A stretch of 64,000 nucleotides of DNA from Sminthopsis crassicaudata (Eukaryota): contig NC_133617.1 in assembly GCF_048593235.1 (NCBI RefSeq), positions 162,276,937-162,340,936 of the forward strand. The letters are read 5' to 3'. Every line of letters begins with the position of its first letter. Positions within the stretch are counted from its first letter, which is position 1. Positions 50,366 through 62,830 of this stretch are shown one piece after another. The notes beneath the pieces were generated by a model. That model searched no databases. It was given only the letters and a program-made list of their open reading frames with translations, and was not told the origin of the DNA. A program made the translations under genes and the position numbers.

Positions 50366-52665
50366 GTAAGAAATTCAACTTTTTGACTTGGACTCTCTTA
50401 TCTGGTTCTTTCCTATGTCTAGTAGTTTCCTGAAAGTAAAGTTGACACTTTATGACATATTCTATGTCTATTATGACATATTCATATGGATAGCAATTAT
50501 CTTTTTAACATTAGTTTTTTAGGATGGCAAGACAGTCGGGATCCAGTGAGTCGCCCAAGGTCAGACAGCTAATAAGTGTCTGGGGCCAAATTTGAACTCA
50601 GTCCATGCTCACCCTTCTCTTTTTATTATTTGGCAAATGCCAAGTGCACAGAACCATGAATTGGCTACTTAGAGTAAGGATTTTGGTCCAAAAGAATTTG
50701 TTAAGCAGAGATTCTTAACCTAGCATCCATTAACTTGTTTGTTTTTTTAAATATATTTTGCTAATTATTTCAATATAGGGCAACTGGGGGGCACAGTGGA
50801 TAGAGTGCCAGGCCTGAAATTAGGAAGAATCATCTTCCTCAGCATAAATCTGGTTTCAGATATTTAATAGCCGTATGACTCTGAGCAAGTCATTTAACTC
50901 TGCCTGCCTCAGTTCCTTATCTGTAAAATGAACTAGAAAAGAAAATGGCAAACCATTTAATGTTTTTGCCAAGAAAACTCCAAATGAAGTCATGAAGAAT
51001 CAGACAGGACTAAAAATAATGGAATAATAAACAACAATTTTAATATAATTGATTTCCTTTGTAATTCTGTGTATCATATTTTTGCACTTAATAGAATTAT
51101 TCTATTAAAAGGTCCATAGGCTCTACCAGACTGCCAAAGGAGTCTATAACCTGCCAAAAAAAAATTAAGGATTCCTGCTTTTTTTTTTTAGTTTTTTTTT
51201 CTTTTCTTATTTTTCCCTAGTTTTTAAACATTTTTATTTAAAGTTTTAAGTTCCATATTTTAGCCCTCCTTACTTCCTACTTCCCTGAGGTGTTAAGCAG
51301 ATATTATGTAAAACATTTCCATATTAGACATTTTGTACAAGAAGACTGGAATAAAAGAAAAAGAACAAAAGTGAAAAATAGCATGTTTGAGTCTATATTC
51401 AATCAATATCAGTTCTTTCTCTAGAGCCGAATAGTATACTTCATCATTAGTCCTTTGGAATTGTCTTGAATCACTGTATTGCTAAGAATAGCTAACTCAT
51501 TCACAGTTCTTCATGGAATCATGTTGCTATTAATGGGTACAACATTCTCCTAGTTCTTTACTCCACTTCACTTCACTATGCATGATGATATGCATCAGTT
51601 CATATAAGTTTTTCCAAGACATCCTGCCTGTCATTTTATAGTACAATAGCATTCCATTACAATCATATTGTTAGTTATTCCCCAGGCATCACTTCAGTTT
51701 CCACAAAAAGTTGTTAATTTTTTTTTGTACAAATAATTCTTTTTCCCTCTTTTTATTGGATGTTTTTGGGATATAAACCTAGCAATGGTCTCGTTGGATT
51801 AAAGGGTGTGTGTATGTATATGTATATAACCCTTTATAGCCCTTTGGGCATAGTTCCAAATTGCTCTTCAGAAAGGTTGGGTCAGAAGAACTCCTATTTT
51901 AGAAAATTTAAGATCTCCTCACTTCATGCTTTATGGACAAAGACAAGTGATTATTTTTAAGAGTTCTAAGCACAGTTTTTTTTAAATGGAGAAAGCTTAC
52001 AAATGGCAGTCATCAAAAAGGATACACTAAAGCACATCTTTGTATGTGGTATACTTTGTACTTCCACATTGCAAAAACCAAGAATCACTATCCTAGAGAT
52101 AACAATATTACAAGTAAGTAATATACGTCAAAAAATTATTTATCTTCTAAAACCTGTTCTGCAAGTCATATATGAGCACAGAAAAGCCTAAATATGTCCA
52201 TTCTCTCTTATTCCTTTGGACTACTTCTTCCTATTCTAGTTGGATTCATTAGTAAAATAATTTTTTCCATAGATATCTTATGGAACTTAACAAAATGTAA
52301 AAGTAATTCAAGTTGTTGAAAATTGTCTCGTCTAGAGAACAGCTGTAGATACTTATTTGCTAAATATTGCTTTTATTATTTCTCCACACTGTATTTTTCT
52401 TTGGCCTCTGGGAAGCTTTGGCTTATAAATTCTTGATCTTGTGTTCTTATGGGATTGTATATTTAGTGCTAAGAAGCACTTTGATAGCTATCTAGTTCTT
52501 GCTAGTTGGCGTTATAATTTTCTCATTTTTATAGCTTGAAATATTTAAATATATTTTAAATATATAATAATAACAAATAAGAAAGGATTTGCTATGTTTT
52601 TATTTTTGTCTCCTGAAGGTAAGGAGTAAGACTTAGATTTTGTAATTTTTTTTGTCATTATACAG

Positions 52666-52743
52666 GCCAAATAAGAGGCACATCACCTATGAGAAAGAAT
52701 TTCGCTTTTGTTCATCCAAATCCTGTACCTCCAACAGGCCTAG
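52666..52743 (+). CDS. RIPK1: Candidate extra RIPK1 exon (78 nt, symmetric phase 1, in frame)
   Basis: T-rich tract plus tacag|G and TAG|gtaaca; open frame (G)QIRGTSPMRKNFAFVHPNPVPPTGL. No equivalent in the human exon set. No transcript evidence available. Confidence 0.55.
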
Positions 52744-53909
52744 GTAACAATTATAGAATTGACAACAGATCCTGACAGTCTTCGGGAGAAGTGACTTGAT
52801 TCTAATAATATTCATCTTTAAATATTTGTCAGTATTTCCTTAGAAATTTAATGGCTTCTATTAAGTGATACCCAGTTGTACCTCTCTTGTACCCTGCCTG
52901 CTGTAGTCTTTGAAAGAACAATATGAACATTAATTTGCCCATCTCAGAACCACTGCAAATTTCCTCAGAGCCATATTAAGTATTTCATATTTTCAAATGG
53001 CAGCAATAAGGGGTTTAAAAGAGAATCATATAGAAAAGATATCGATAATTACAAACAACTATAAGATAAAAAGCTTCATTCAGAGTTTATCATTGTTGAC
53101 TCTAAGTTCTAATTTTCTCATGTGCTAAAGTTTGAGTATATTCTGGGTGTTTTTTTTTCTATAAGACTTTGCCTAAGAATTTACTTGCTATAGTCAGAGT
53201 TCTGCCAGGTTGCATAAATTTTGAAACAATATCTATTTCATAGTCAACTTGGCCTCCTGGAAACAATTTTCCATCCTGCTTCCCAATTCGAACTTTTTTT
53301 TTCTTTGTCTTTGCTATTCTTAAAAACATTTAATATTTTGCCTTAAAAGTGTTTAAAAGCCTCAGCATAAAGATATTTTGCCCTTTAAGACTGTAAGAAG
53401 ATGGCTGCCTTCCTATTTTTATATTTGTAAATGAGGAGTGGTAGACTTCCTATATTGAACTTTTTTCAAAATGTCCAGTCAATATCTGCAGAACTTTTTA
53501 TAGCTGGTGCTCTAAAAAGATGGTACAATATAATGTTCTTTGCAAAATAATCCTATTGAAATGTTCTTTGTGCTTTCAGTTGGGATACCTGGGGTAAGTG
53601 TTGATAATTCACTAGATACTAAAATATACAGGGTAAGCATGTCAAATATTATCTAAAGTTAATTTTTACTGACATTTTAAAGTTTTTGCCTTCCCATTTC
53701 TACTTCACTTGTATTAATTAATAAGATAATGATGATAAAGGTAACCTAACTATTTTGGGAGAGTTATACAAAATAAGAAATTTAGTTAGACTTTTCCCCA
53801 TGCTGTGCTTTCCCACTTACTTTAATTTATACGTATAATAAATTATACATATTTAACTTTGTTTACTTTTCCCTCCTTCCTCATTTCCCCAAACTTGTTT
53901 TCTCTTTAG

Positions 53910-54050
53910 AAAACTACAAATTCATCAATAGCACCGGCATTCAGTTTGGAAACAATAATTACATGGTTTTTGAAGAAAGCAGTCTGCCAATTGAAATCAC
54001 ATCTTCAAATATGCAACAAGAGCCAGAATCCAAATATCTACATATATTTG
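53910..54050 (+). CDS. RIPK1: RIPK1 coding exon 9 (141 nt): RHIM
   Basis: Encodes NYKFINSTGIQFGNNNYMVFEESSLPIEITSSNMQQEPESKYLHIF (human KYTIYNSTGIQIGAYNYM...EEPAAKYQAIF). Confidence 0.93.
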
Positions 54051-54696
54051 GTAATATCTCTTTGAAGAAATCTTTTCCCAATTTCTTAAGGTTTTCTCTT
54101 TTAAGATGGTTGGAATTTTAATACTCACTTTATTTACCTGTCTATTGTGATCTTTTGAATAAGATAGTAGCCAAGGTTGGAAAAAAGTAGTAAAGAATGG
54201 ATGACAGTAATAGCCAAGGCCTCTTTGATTCAGTTAGGGAGAAAAGAAAAAGTCAAGTCAACTTGCTTTTATGAAGCACCTACTTAGTGCTAGGTGCTGT
54301 ATTAAACACTAGGGAGACAAAATAGAGGCAAAAAAAAAGTCCCCCCTTTTAAGGAACTCTAGTCTAAGGGGGGAGATAAAATATAAACTGCATATAAACA
54401 GGATATATATACAAGATAACTTAGAAATAAGCAAAAGTAGTTTTCTTTTCCTTTCAATACCTTTCTAGGTTCAAAGAAAGAGAATTTGGAAATATTTCCT
54501 TTCTCCCTTCCAACATAAAACTCTATGTCCTTAGCATAGAGCATCTTAGAATGTTAAATTTAAGCTATAAGGGACTTTAGAGCTCAATCATTCTAGCTCC
54601 CTTCCTTAACCTGAGCTAGATTATTAGTTTTACAAGGCTGGGGAAGTTGTTTTTTTGGAATATTTTATCTAGGTGTTTCTCTTTTTCCTTTGGTAG

Positions 54697-54983
54697 AAGA
54701 TAACACTAGTCTGCTTGGTAAACATCTGGACCCAATAATAGACAATCTTGGAAAAATTTGGAAAAAATGTGCTCGAAAGTTGGGCTTCACTGAATCTCAA
54801 ATTGATGAAATCGACCATGACTATGATCGAGATGGACTGAAAGAAAAGGTTTATCAGATGATCCAGAAGTGGTTGATGAGGGAAGGCAACAAGGGCGCCA
54901 CTGTTGGAAAGCTAGCCAGAGCCCTCTATAAGTGCCAGAGAATAGATCTTCTTGCCATTTTGGAATCTGTAAGCCAAGACTAG
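54697..54983 (+). CDS. RIPK1: RIPK1 terminal coding exon (287 nt): death domain
   Basis: Encodes [54 protein letters not shown]...SQD*. Confidence 0.97.
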
Positions 54984-55382
54984 CCCGATTAGGGTAAATT
55001 AAAAGAAATCAGTGCAAATGCCCCTTTTAACAGTGCAAAAAATTGTGAAGTATGCTGTCTGAATGACAGTTCTCTGAGGTCATCTGAGCCCAGCTGCATT
55101 CGGACTGTGCAGTGTCACCCATTACCCGTCTTTCTACAGGGTGAGTGATAGCCAGCCTGCAGGAAAGAGAAGCTTGTATGTGCAATAATCCTAACTCCTT
55201 AGCACTAATTTCATCTCCCTATGATACTTTAATAGGAAAGGAGCTGAGGTGGCACTAACCTCATCTTATTTGAAATGTGTACCAATCAATTTTTGTTTTA
55301 TATGAAATTTTTTACTCCGGTCTGTAAAAGTAATTTGAATTCAGAAGTGGGCCAACCTATTCTACTGCCTTAAGTATGCTAC

Positions 55383-55388
55383 AATAAA
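55383..55388 (+). terminator. RIPK1 candidate polyadenylation signal
   Basis: First AATAAA about 400 nt after the stop, followed by T-rich sequence. Confidence 0.55.
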
Positions 55389-55967
55389 ATCATTTTTATC
55401 TTATTTCTTGAATTTGCTTTATCAATCATGGCGTTGGTGTGAAGGAAGATTTCTTTTAACAATTATCTTGTCATTTGACATAATGTAAGAGTTAAAAAAA
55501 GGAGAGTTTACCTTCTTAAACCCAACTAATAAGAAAAAGGTTGAAGTTTTTAAAAACAAAGATGAAGTTAAGAATAATGAAAAGTTAGGGAAAAAAGAAA
55601 ATTTGGAGAGGGGTAAATGGCTAAATGACTTTACAACTCTTCACAAACACTTTTATCTTCAAATATGCCATTTACCTAAAAGCTTGGTATTTTGCTCAAG
55701 TGAATATAGCAATCTGACTGAAGAAATTTGTAGAATAGAAATCAAACTTTTAGTTTTATGCTCTTACCTCCATACTTTATCATTAGTAAAATGTAGTTTT
55801 TAAAAAAAAAGAGGTCTGAGAAGATTTTTTACTGCATAGTCTGACCTGATTCAAATGTTCTACATGTAATAAATATCAGATGAGACAGGAAAATGAGGGT
55901 AAGAGATCCCTTCTGGTGATGTCTTAGATTCCTTGAGAAAGTCTGTGTCAAAAGGGGATATTTTCAT

Positions 55968-56432
55968 TTAAAAGACAGCTTGTTAAGACGACAGCTTCTT
56001 TGTGGGCAAGGACCTGTCAGAACTATTGCAAAGGTGGGTTAACACTGAGAATATATCTTCATCAGCTTTCTTAGTTGGCAGGGTCCTGTTTAGGAATTAG
56101 CAAAGGTGGATTAACACTGAGAAGAAAATATCTTCATTATTGGAAAAATCCTGTTAGGCTTTAGCAAAGATACAGTTCAGAGTCCTCTTTTATTAGCCTT
56201 CTGAGGCCTTCTGGGGTTTGCCCAGTCCCCCCTGAGCTGGGAGCAGTTCAAGGGACTAATCTTCAATTCAATAGAGGGTAGTGATTATTTCCGTGGCCAA
56301 GATCTCCAATTAAATGAAATTACTTATCATGAATGGGTGTGGCCCCTTCCAGGGTTTGAAACTCAGGAATTCCCCCCAAAGGAGGATGCAATTTCAGGGC
56401 TCCCTCAAAGGTTAAAGGGGACATAATTTACA
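55968..56432 (-). mobile_element. Probable solo LTR with internal 72-bp repeats
   Basis: One end is TTTACA (TGTAAA on the - strand), with a possible 4-bp TSD TCAT (55964-55967 / 56433-56436). The other terminus is non-canonical, so the boundary is uncertain. Confidence 0.5.
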
Positions 56433-57398
56433 TCATCCATAACTGGTGAAAATGTTACAATGGGAGCCTAGGTAACTCCACAACATACTATAAGCTTCAA
56501 GACCCATTCTGCTATTACTCACTGAGACTAAGAACAGAATGGAATTGCAGGGAGTTCAGGTTTATGGATTTCATTAGTATAGGGTTGACAGGGTACTGGG
56601 ATTGAATCCAAAATATATTTGGGTTGCTGTTGTATAGCTTAGATCATCTCTAAATCAAGAGGCAAAGATTTTATTATTTTGCTAAGTTCCAAAAAGAAAT
56701 TAATGATTAACAAGAGGAAAGGGGGAAATAACTTGAACCATAAGGCTGGCAAAGCTCTTAATGAACTAGCAATTAAAGGGGAAGGAAGGGTTTACATAAT
56801 AAAAAAATAAGAATTGATATTTATATCTTGGACTGTGGAATTCAACAAGGATCCACATAAGGACAATATAATTCTGTTATTGCCTCTCCTTTCTTGCCTC
56901 AGAATAATTAATATATAGTAATGATAGGAATTTAACTAGGGCCAATTGCAACAAAGATCCACTTAGGGAGGTTTAAATTCAACAAAGGCTGTCTCCTATC
57001 AGTCTCTCACCCTGTGCCCACCGGGGGCAACCAAGGACCTGGTCTTTTACTGGAGTCTTATTCACCCCATCCCTCTCTAAATACAAATCTGCAACTGCTG
57101 TGTAATTTATCATCTGAAAGAGTGATCCCCATTAAAGGGAGAGGGGAATGTGTCAGAGACAGGACTTGACATGTTCTAAGAATCAAGTTTTACATATTTT
57201 CAATATTTTTAAAAATTGTTTTCCTTTGTGATTGTGAGCTAGAAAATCAATTTCACTTCCAGACTTTATTTATTTATTTTGCTTGGGGGGGAGGGGGGGA
57301 GGCAGTTGGAATTAAGTGACTTGTCCAGGGTCACACAGCTAAGGCATATTTGAATTCAGGTTCTCCTGACTCCAGCCATTGCACCATCTAGCTGCCCT

Positions 57399-58033
57399 TG
57401 ATGAGGTATATATGAACCAAATGATGAGGTAAATACCTAATGGGGTATATACCTCAATAGGATTAATTGAGGTCTAGTGGCAGGATTCAGGGTACAGGGA
57501 GTCACACGGAACTCCCCTGCAACCCCTTAGTATTCAACGCAAGGATACAAAGTTAAATCAGGTCTAGTGGCGGCGAGAGTCCCCTGTAAATGAATTTACA
57601 GGCCGAAAACATAGATGGGTAAAAAGATGTTTATTGCCAGGTTTGGAAGCAAGGTTAAGTTCTGGTTAGTAAAAGGCATTAGATAGAGGAAGATATACAC
57701 CGGAAGCGGCGGGGACAGAGAATCTCTGATACAAGCATCTTGGCTAGCATCTTTCAAATCTCTGACCCAAGATAATTCTAGCTTTGCTGTTTTTATCTGC
57801 TTGAAGAAGCCATATGGGCGGAACTCAGGTTAATTCCTGATTTTTGTTGGGTTTTCAGATAGTTGGGGGTTGGGTTATCCAAGCCAGCTCAGATGGGGGG
57901 AGGGTGCTGGGTACAGCCCAAACTGGCTCAGATACGGATCTTTTCCCCTAGAAATGCAAAAGGGTTATTTTGACCAGATCTTGTCCCAAAGGTAGATGAG
58001 ACAAGGAATCTTAAAGGGGCTACACCCGCAACA
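57399..58033 (-). mobile_element. Solo LTR, class I (gammaretrovirus-like), 635 bp
   Basis: On the - strand TGTTGCGGG...CCTCATCA, with a GATAAAAA TATA-like box, AATAAA and a perfect 4-bp TSD CCCT (57395-57398 / 58034-58037). Confidence 0.85.
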
Positions 58034-58745
58034 CCCTGACATTTTAAATTTTAGATACTATAATGTCATGGCATTTCAATGACCAAAAAGTGTTCAGCAT
58101 ATATGATGTGAAAGGTAAAAGAAAACAATTTTACTTGGATCAAACTGAAGACCTTGAACTATTAACCACCTTAACTTGAAAAAATTGATTTCCCTAAACA
58201 GCATCAACCACCTAGATCTAAAAACTTTATCTGGTAGAGCTCTATACTGATTATTATCACCCATTATTGGCCCTCTCTCAACCAAGATTTGCCAGTATGT
58301 CCAGAAGGAAAGTATTCCATAGCATCTAACCTCCAATCTCCTCAGGAACTTTCCTGACAGCAATGCTCCTCTCTTCTCCTTCATTTCCCTCCCTCAACAC
58401 CAGTGATCTCAAGATTTCAGGAAAATGAAAAATAGCTCATTTTCACCAGAAATTGGGAATCTCTGACATAAAAAAAGATGTTGTACATATTTACTTTAAA
58501 AAAAAAAAACAGTTGCACAAGAGCAAGTCAGAATTAATGTCAGTGACTGAAATAATAAGGTAATGTCAGTGGCCAATTGGGCCCACTGATTTCTTCTGGC
58601 ACAGCTTCCAGGCTAAAGTAGCTGTGAGAACTGCTGATGATTTTGCACAAAGGTTTTTGGGACAGAATCAGAAGCCCAAACCAATATACATATACATACA
58701 TGATCCATCCCCTCAAAAGAAGAGAAAAAAACATTGTAAAATGGG

Positions 58746-58825
<80 letters not shown>

Positions 58826-61779
58826 TTTTCCTTGCTTGCTTTGATACTATTACATTTCCAGGAGAAAAGTTTTAAAATGTTCATAAAAGTAAAACACTAT
58901 TAATAAAAAAAACAAGCCACACTTATTAATTCTTTAAGATTACAAAGCACTTCACATATTGTATTATGTAGTTAATATTGTAAATTAACTGAAGTTTCAT
59001 TTATAAAAAGGCAAAAAACAAGAGTGAGCTTAGTGCCATAGGGTACTTTTCTCTATAAGACCAGAATGAAAAAGAGGATACTGACCAGATTAGAAAATAA
59101 AGAGTACAGGAAGATCAAAATATTCAACACATATTATTAGGCACTTGCTGTATGCTAGGACATAAATGAAATAGTCTCTGCCCTTAAGGAGCTTACAGTT
59201 GCATGTGAATTATTTGGGACAAGCAATAATTTTTAAATGGTTTCATTTTGTGCTAGCAGTAGTGACATTTATAATTCAGAAAAGCTGATCACAACCAGTT
59301 GAAACTAAATTGAGTTGGTTTTTCCACCTTTATTGGTCCTTTGTTATCCTAAGGTGAGATTTTGTACTATAGACAAATTATTTTATTTTTCTGTTTTTAA
59401 AAGTGATTTTTAGAGAATGGATATTAAAGAAAACAAAAAAGTTACAGTAATTAAAAATTATACTTCAATGATATGAGATATTGCAACAGCTGCTGGTATG
59501 GGGAAGTGAAGCATTTTCATAATTATACAAACTCATAATGAAACAGAATTAGTTATATTAAAGTTCAGAGTCAAGTATGGTCAAAAATGAAAAACAATAC
59601 TAGGAACTGACAGACTGTTGCTATGAAACATCCTGATTAGCCATCAGAAAACAATAAAAGATTTCCTGAATGACCTCTTAGTTGAAATGGTTGTATTAAT
59701 TCCTCCACAGTGAAGCATGGATTTCCTCAATCTGGAAGAATAGCTAGAAGAACAGTAAAAATAACTTCTAATCATGTCTAGGAAAATAAAAAATATTTTT
59801 TCATGACCAAGACAAAAGAACTGGAGATTTGAAAATAAAAATTTTTACTGAAGAAACTCACTTTTCATCTTTTCATTGAAGGCTACACCAAAACCATTGA
59901 CAGAAAAAATCCAGATGAATTGTTATCTTCATTCGATTATAAAACATCACTCCAAAATATTTGGGATTTTAGTCTTTTTTTTTTTTTTTTTACTTCTAGT
60001 GGACCTGGAAAACATGTTTCTGTTGAAGAAATGATAAAATGAGAAATACATTGCTATATTAAGCAGAAGTGTTCCAAAATTAGAGAATTACCCAAATAGA
60101 GATTTAATGCCTTCTCTCATGTAATACATAATGAAATATTTTTGTTTAAGAGATGGACATAAACATTCTTCCAACACCTGGGAATTCAAGTCTGACTGAA
60201 ATCCCATTGAAAACCACTTGTTCTAAACATAGGAATTTGGGTTTGTTTTTAAATTATTATTCCTACTAGTGAAGTAAAGATTTTTGTTTTAATTGTTTAA
60301 GAGGAAACCAAGAGGAAAAGATTATAAGTAGAAATTCTGATGTTTAAATGTCAGTAGTTGCAAAGTAATTCAACTTGTACTTAATGTTCGTAAGAAATCT
60401 AAAAACCAAAAAAAAAAAAAAAAAGTAAAACCCTCAAAAATCAAAAACCAAGTAAACAAAAACTTATAGGCATTTTGAGAATTTACCTAACAAAATGCAT
60501 ACAGTAACTACATAACTGCAATTACAAAATAATTTACAAATTATTTTGGCACATGTATAGAATGCTCTACTGATGCAATTTTATCATGTGAGAGGGCTTG
60601 GACAGTCTCCTTCAGCTAGAGTTGTAGTGATGTGTAATGGAAATTACTTGGAAAGAACAACATGAATAGACATTTTTTAACTAATACCAATTTGCTAACC
60701 ATATTGAGAGAAGAAATCTTTGTATTGATTGGGTAGCTTGATATATGAGTATAGAATTTAAGGGGAGATAAGCTTTAAAAAGGACTAAAAGCTAAAGAGA
60801 CCCCGCTATTATTTTTGGCTGGCCAGCTCTTGGTTTAACTCCTTTGCTCATGAAGATTACTTTGCAGGTTGTGTAGATGACTGATTATATAGGAAGTGTA
60901 AAGGGAGAGATTGGAAGCAGAGAAAACAATTAGACCATTGAAAAAATAAAGATGGGGCAGCTAGGTGGCGCAGTGGATAGAGTACACTTAACACTGCCTA
61001 GCTTAAGTCACAACCCCAACTGCCCTCAAAAAAATAAAGACAAGAGATTATGTTCAAAACTATTTGTTGTAGCAAAAAGCTAAAAGTGGGTTCATGCAGT
61101 TTGAGATATGAACAAATGATAGTATAAAAATGTAATGGGATATTATTGTTATGAGAAATTTTTAAATGGGATGGATTTAAAAAAACCGGAGACACCTAGT
61201 TCCCAACGGGAGAGTTCATTCATTCTGCTGTCTGGAGTATTCTAATCTGCGTAATTTCTGATTTCTGTTCTAGTCCAGAACTTGGACAGATTCTGGGATG
61301 GACTTTTGCATAACTATCATTTAATGGGAAGGGAGTCTTGTCTATAATCAAGATATTACAATCAATATATGATGATGGACTCTGATGGATGTGGCTCTTC
61401 AGCAATGAGGTCATTCAGGCCAATCCCAAAAGCCTTGTGATAGAACCATCTGCATGCAAAAACACTTTTTTTGTTGTTTTCTTTTCCTTTTTGATTTTTT
61501 TTTTTGTGCAGTATGATAAAAGCTGCTTAGAATAATTGCACACTTTTAACCTTTATTGTATTACTTGTCTAAGGGAGAAAGAGAGAGAAAAATGGAGAAC
61601 GCAAGGTTTTATAAGGTTGAAAACAAAAAAGAGGTAAAAGTCAAACTATTTTAGTTTGAGCCTAAAAATCATTCCCCTAGATTAACAATATCGAGGGGGC
61701 CAAATACACAGAAGCCCCGGATTTCTTTAGTACAGCGGGGCAAATATCTGTTACTCATGCAGATAGGCACCAATTCAGA

Positions 61780-62830
61780 AATTTTAGTATAGTTCCGCGC
61801 TCAGACTTTAAGTGCATCGCTCGGGATCACAGCCAGTACTCTCTGAGGCGGGACTTGGGCTCAAGGAGCGCTACCCCCAGGCCGCTGCATCTGCTTCCCC
61901 AAGCTGCTGCTCATTGGCTACGTACTCCCTTTGTATCATACTCTATCTAGCTGAGTGTAAAATTCTTAAGGCGCTTAATTCTATTTAACAGTGCGAGTAT
62001 ACAGTCACGAACACCTTTCTCTTCGAAAACGTTCCCGGAAAAGAGACGGGGCGTGAAGAGGGTGCCTAAGGTTAAGTCTGCCACATGACCCTCCCGTTTC
62101 CAGTTCATTCTTTTCCTTCCGGTGGTCATAAATAGATTCATATGTTAATGAGCTAGAAAAAAAAAAAAAAAAGCTTTCCCGAATGGAAGATAATGGCCGT
62201 GACTTAGCAGGGAACAAAAAAGGGGGATTTAAAAAAAAAAAAAAAAAAAAAGCCAGGAAAGGCCAAACTCCGAAGACAGGCCAGCCTGTTTGCAACTTGT
62301 CTAACTGGGCGGGCTTACGTTTAGATTAGTTTGTACTGGAGGTGTTGAGGAATAATGGATGTCTCCTGCCTAGATAACCAGATGGGGGCGGAGCAGAGAC
62401 CAGTTGGGAGGAGGTGCCATGCGCATGCGTTTTAAGCAGAACCTGGCGCAGACATGGCGGCAATGGTTAACCGGGCCTCCCTTCGGCTGCGGCTCCTCGT
62501 CTCCTGGCTAAAGCCCCGAGCCGTGGCTGCAGCCGCCTACGGGTAAACACGCCTGCCTTCTCCATAGTTAGGGACAAGGAGAGGGTTTTGCCGTTTTGGG
62601 GCTGGGGGGGACAGCGTAGTACCTGGGGTTAGGGGCTTCCTTCCCTTTAATCTCTCCCGATTGTGTATAGTTATGGGGGGAGGCGGCGGAGAGCCCTACG
62701 CATGCGCGGTGAGGGAACTTGCGCCCTAGCCTGCTTTCCGATTGGCGTAGCCGCGGAAAGGGAGAGACCTCCCCCCACCCCCACCCGCTTGTGCTCGTTA
62801 GTGAACCTTATCCGTGTTCATTTTAGCTGG
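61780..62830. promoter_or_regulatory. BPHL CpG-island promoter
   Basis: CpG-rich, with an NRF1-like TGCGCATGCG at 62420-62429 and CGCATGCGC near 62700, ETS CCGGAA and GC boxes. Confidence 0.8.
62454..62542 (+). CDS. BPHL: BPHL (valacyclovir hydrolase) exon 1: mitochondrial targeting peptide
   Basis: Encodes MAAMVNRASLRLRLLVSWLKPRAVAAAAYG, ending GG|gtaaac in phase 2. Resembles human MVAVLGGRGVLRLRLLLSALKP...AAAFG; synteny after RIPK1 supports the call. Confidence 0.85.

Noticed and set aside
50366-50433. Read-through of RIPK1 exon 8 giving a hydrophobic 22-aa tail
   Set aside because: A consensus donor AG|gtaag is present, and T-rich intron starts often translate as hydrophobic. No nearby poly(A) signal supports a truncated isoform.
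56440-57170. Purine tract followed by TG (aaagggagaggggaatgt) suggesting an ERV internal remnant
   Set aside because: No coding homology, TSD or matching LTR could be established by eye.
58540-58903. ORFs with HTHT, YIYI and CVCV runs
   Set aside because: Translations of (CA)n(TA)n microsatellites.
60955-61032. Very short SINE-like element with internal deletions
   Set aside because: Consistent with a deleted WSINE1 variant; short forms of this family are, as I recall, already described.
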